From an uncultured archaeon (GTDB lineage: Archaea > Thermoproteota > Nitrososphaeria > Nitrososphaerales > Gagatemarchaeaceae), in assembly GCA_963799775.1 (NCBI GenBank), contig CAWCYD010000003.1:768001-832000 (forward strand): a stretch of DNA of 64,000 nucleotides, given 5' to 3'. Made by a program: the position numbers and the translations under genes. Shown one piece after another: positions 62,212 through 64,000 of this stretch (its first letter is position 1; every line of letters begins with the position of its first letter). The notes beneath the pieces were generated by a model. That model worked only from the letters and a program-made list of their open reading frames with translations. It was not told the DNA's origin and did no database searches.

Positions 62212-63350
62212 CGTGAGATGTTCATGACAGCAACCACATCCCTGTCTGTCCATCTCTCGCACTTTTGACACCATAGCTGCCTGTAGTGTTCCTCATCTTC
62301 TCTAGATGCCACTTGGAGTCTCTCCCCGCATCGTGGACAATCCATAGTCGTACCTCGCGTCTCACTCTTGGTAAGAGTGATCACTGGCACCTTACCATCC
62401 TCCCATGCAGCCTTGTATTCGACCTGCCTCTTCAACTCGCCCCATGGAGCAGAGTTCATCCTGCCTCTGTACTCCCGTCCCTGCCCATTCCCCTTGCGAT
62501 AGAGGTTCCTGATGTCTTTGATGTCCTCGAAGACGATCGCCTGACGGTTCTCACTGGCCCTGGAGACGATGTCCTTTGAGACGCGATGCAGAATTTGGTT
62601 CACCCTTTCCTTACGCCTTTTACCATACTTCTCGAAGATCTTCTTTCTGATTCTCACGTCATTCCTCTTGAAGGAGCCGACGATGCTCCTCGTGTTATGC
62701 GCTATCTCGACTGCCTTTGAGATGTCATAGTGGATGACCCGCTCTTCATCTCCGACTGTGATGTTTCTCAGGTTTCTGTCGACCCCGACGAACCCATTGA
62801 CTTCAATTTCATGCCCTTGCTTGTCAGTCTGCTTCGCCACGCACAGTGACAAAGAATCGCCTGTCAATGTGAAGGAGCGGACGGTCACCCGCGGCTTTTG
62901 CGATAATGCCTCGAGCGTGTGCGCGTTGAGAGATATCTTCTCGAATTGGCGTTCGCCGACTGGTATGAGCAGGAAGCCATCTGTCATCTTGAACCCGTAG
63001 CACGAGACGAGGACGGGTCTTGAGACGTACGGATCCTTTGTTCGAAACCCTCTCCTCATCGATTTCCGTCTGGCTGCTAGTATGCCAGCTGCCTTGGATA
63101 TCGCGCAAAGGGTGATTCCGGAGTACCCACCATGGCGGGCCCTGAGCTCTTTGTAGGCAAGAAGCGAGAGCTTCTTCATCGAGGGAGTCCTACCTTCATT
63201 GTTCTGCCGCTCGAATTCTAGTCCGATTCGGATGCAGTCGTTGGTCATCTGGCGGAAGTTCTCCATCAGAGATAGGAGGTTGGGGTTCGGCTCTACGGCT
63301 AACCTTTGCCTGATTGATTTCCTTACGACGGACCTGCGACAACGCGCCAA
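62043..63350 (-). CDS. tnpB: TnpB RNA-guided endonuclease
   Basis: RuvC GVDRN / VFEDI / RDVVA, zinc finger CPRC..CQKC. Confidence 0.92.
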   Translation of the reverse strand: MARCRRSVVRKSIRQRLAVEPNPNLLSLMENFRQMTNDCIRIGLEFERQNNEGRTPSMKKLSLLAYKELRARHGGYSGITLCAISKAAGILAARRKSMRRGFRTKDPYVSRPVLVSCYGFKMTDGFLLIPVGERQFEKISLNAHTLEALSQKPRVTVRSFTLTGDSLSLCVAKQTDKQGHEIEVNGFVGVDRNLRNITVGDEERVIHYDISKAVEIAHNTRSIVGSFKRNDVRIRKKIFEKYGKRRKERVNQILHRVSKDIVSRASENRQAIVFEDIKDIRNLYRKGNGQGREYRGRMNSAPWGELKRQVEYKAAWEDGKVPVITLTKSETRGTTMDCPRCGERLQVASREDEEHYRQLWCQKCERWTDRDVVAVMNISRRGRLRFDRSQGEAVEAVKGNPLKEWSSQQEEPVILRVDASKLGTNGFAEMLVQRT

Positions 63351-63458
63351 TAATTTGGCTGACTACTTAACCGCCCATACACTTGTTCCAGGTCCATAGA
63401 ACTTGACGGAACTTTCCAAAGGCAATCCATATACGCCCGAGGGAGGATTTCAGCCCCC

Positions 63459-63641
63459 ATGCGGCACTCCGTCCGCGTGCTCCTGGTGGGAGTCGCCCTC
63501 CTGCTCGGGGCCCTGGCGAGCGACCTCATAGGCTCAAACCTCCAGATCCTCGGGGTGCTCGTGATCTCGTTCGCGCTCGCTGTCGCGGGCGCCATTGTCG
63601 CCATGAGGGGCATGCTGGAGTTCTTCGGCGACGTATTCTAG
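63459..63641 (+). CDS. Small two-TM membrane protein
   Basis: 60 aa, two hydrophobic helices. Confidence 0.65.
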   Translation: MRHSVRVLLVGVALLLGALASDLIGSNLQILGVLVISFALAVAGAIVAMRGMLEFFGDVF

Positions 63642-64000
63642 TAGAGCCAGCACGCGGTCCAATGCCCAGGCTCGATCTCCTTGAGCTGGGGCTCGTTCGT
63701 CTTGCACGTCTCCATGACGAACGGGCACCTCGGATGGAACTTGCAGCCGGACGGGTGCTCTGTCGAGAGGGCGAGATCGCCCTTGACGTTTATCTTCCTG
63801 GAGACGTCCTTGAGGCTCGGGTCGATCGTCGGAGAGGCCTGGAGGAGCGCCTGCGTGTAAGGGTGCAACGGCCTGTCGATCACCCTGGCCGCGGGGCCGA
63901 TCTCCGCAATCTTGCCCAGGTACATGACGGCGATGCGGTTCGCCGCTACCCTCGCGACCGCCATCTCGTGGGTGATGAAGAGGAACGCGGTCCCTCTCTC
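63638..64000 (-). CDS. Oligopeptide/dipeptide ABC ATPase, C-terminal part
   Basis: FITHE, VMYLGKI.E, HPYT.AL, GCKFHPRCP ... C ... ACW. Confidence 0.9.
   Translation of the reverse strand, partial: ERGTAFLFITHEMAVARVAANRIAVMYLGKIAEIGPAARVIDRPLHPYTQALLQASPTIDPSLKDVSRKINVKGDLALSTEHPSGCKFHPRCPFVMETCKTNEPQLKEIEPGHWTACWLY

Larger units (their letters stand above)
62036..63458 (-). mobile_element. Non-autonomous IS200/IS605-like element 2 (tnpB only)
   Basis: Right end AGAACC at 62036-62041, left-end motif GGGGGCTGAAAT at 63447-63458. Confidence 0.7.

Noticed and set aside
52473-63350. TnpBs as Cas12f CRISPR effectors or dead TldR regulators
   Set aside because: No repeat array or cas genes in the window, and the catalytic D-E-D residues are intact.
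120-63728. Many long antisense or alternate-frame ORFs in the track
   Set aside because: Shadow ORFs expected at high GC; they overlap well-supported genes and lack recognisable motifs.

Overview
GC-rich archaeal chromosome segment. The histone, class I LysRS, Cdc48, ABCE1, S17e and Cgi121 genes are archaeal. The cytochrome b/Rieske/double-cupredoxin complex III without cytochrome c1 points to Nitrososphaerota, probably a non-ammonia-oxidising group I.1c-like lineage (inference). Most of the window is housekeeping: translation and tRNA modification, EMP glycolysis with a PPi-type PFK, gdhA, the pst/phoU regulon, tldD/pmbA and ABC exporters. About 20 genes are split by single-base frameshifts, which I read as sequencing or assembly error, so single-base details of RNA structures are also uncertain. 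The most unusual signals are at tRNA loci. (1) tRNA-Arg(GCG) is followed by a free-standing two-motif LAGLIDADG endonuclease and then a second, orphan tRNA-Arg 3' half. This suggests a minimal homing cassette that inserts in the tRNA and supplies its own replacement 3' half. (2) A small island between tRNA-Gln(CUG) and a 19/20-nt att-like repeat ends in a heavily interrupted tRNA-Gln(UUG)-like gene that reassembles into a full cloverleaf. (3) tRNA-Arg(CCG) has a 54-nt D-loop insertion. Two TnpA-less tnpB elements share a covarying omegaRNA 3' end and a left-end motif. Several microproteins below the ORF-track cutoff are also visible.
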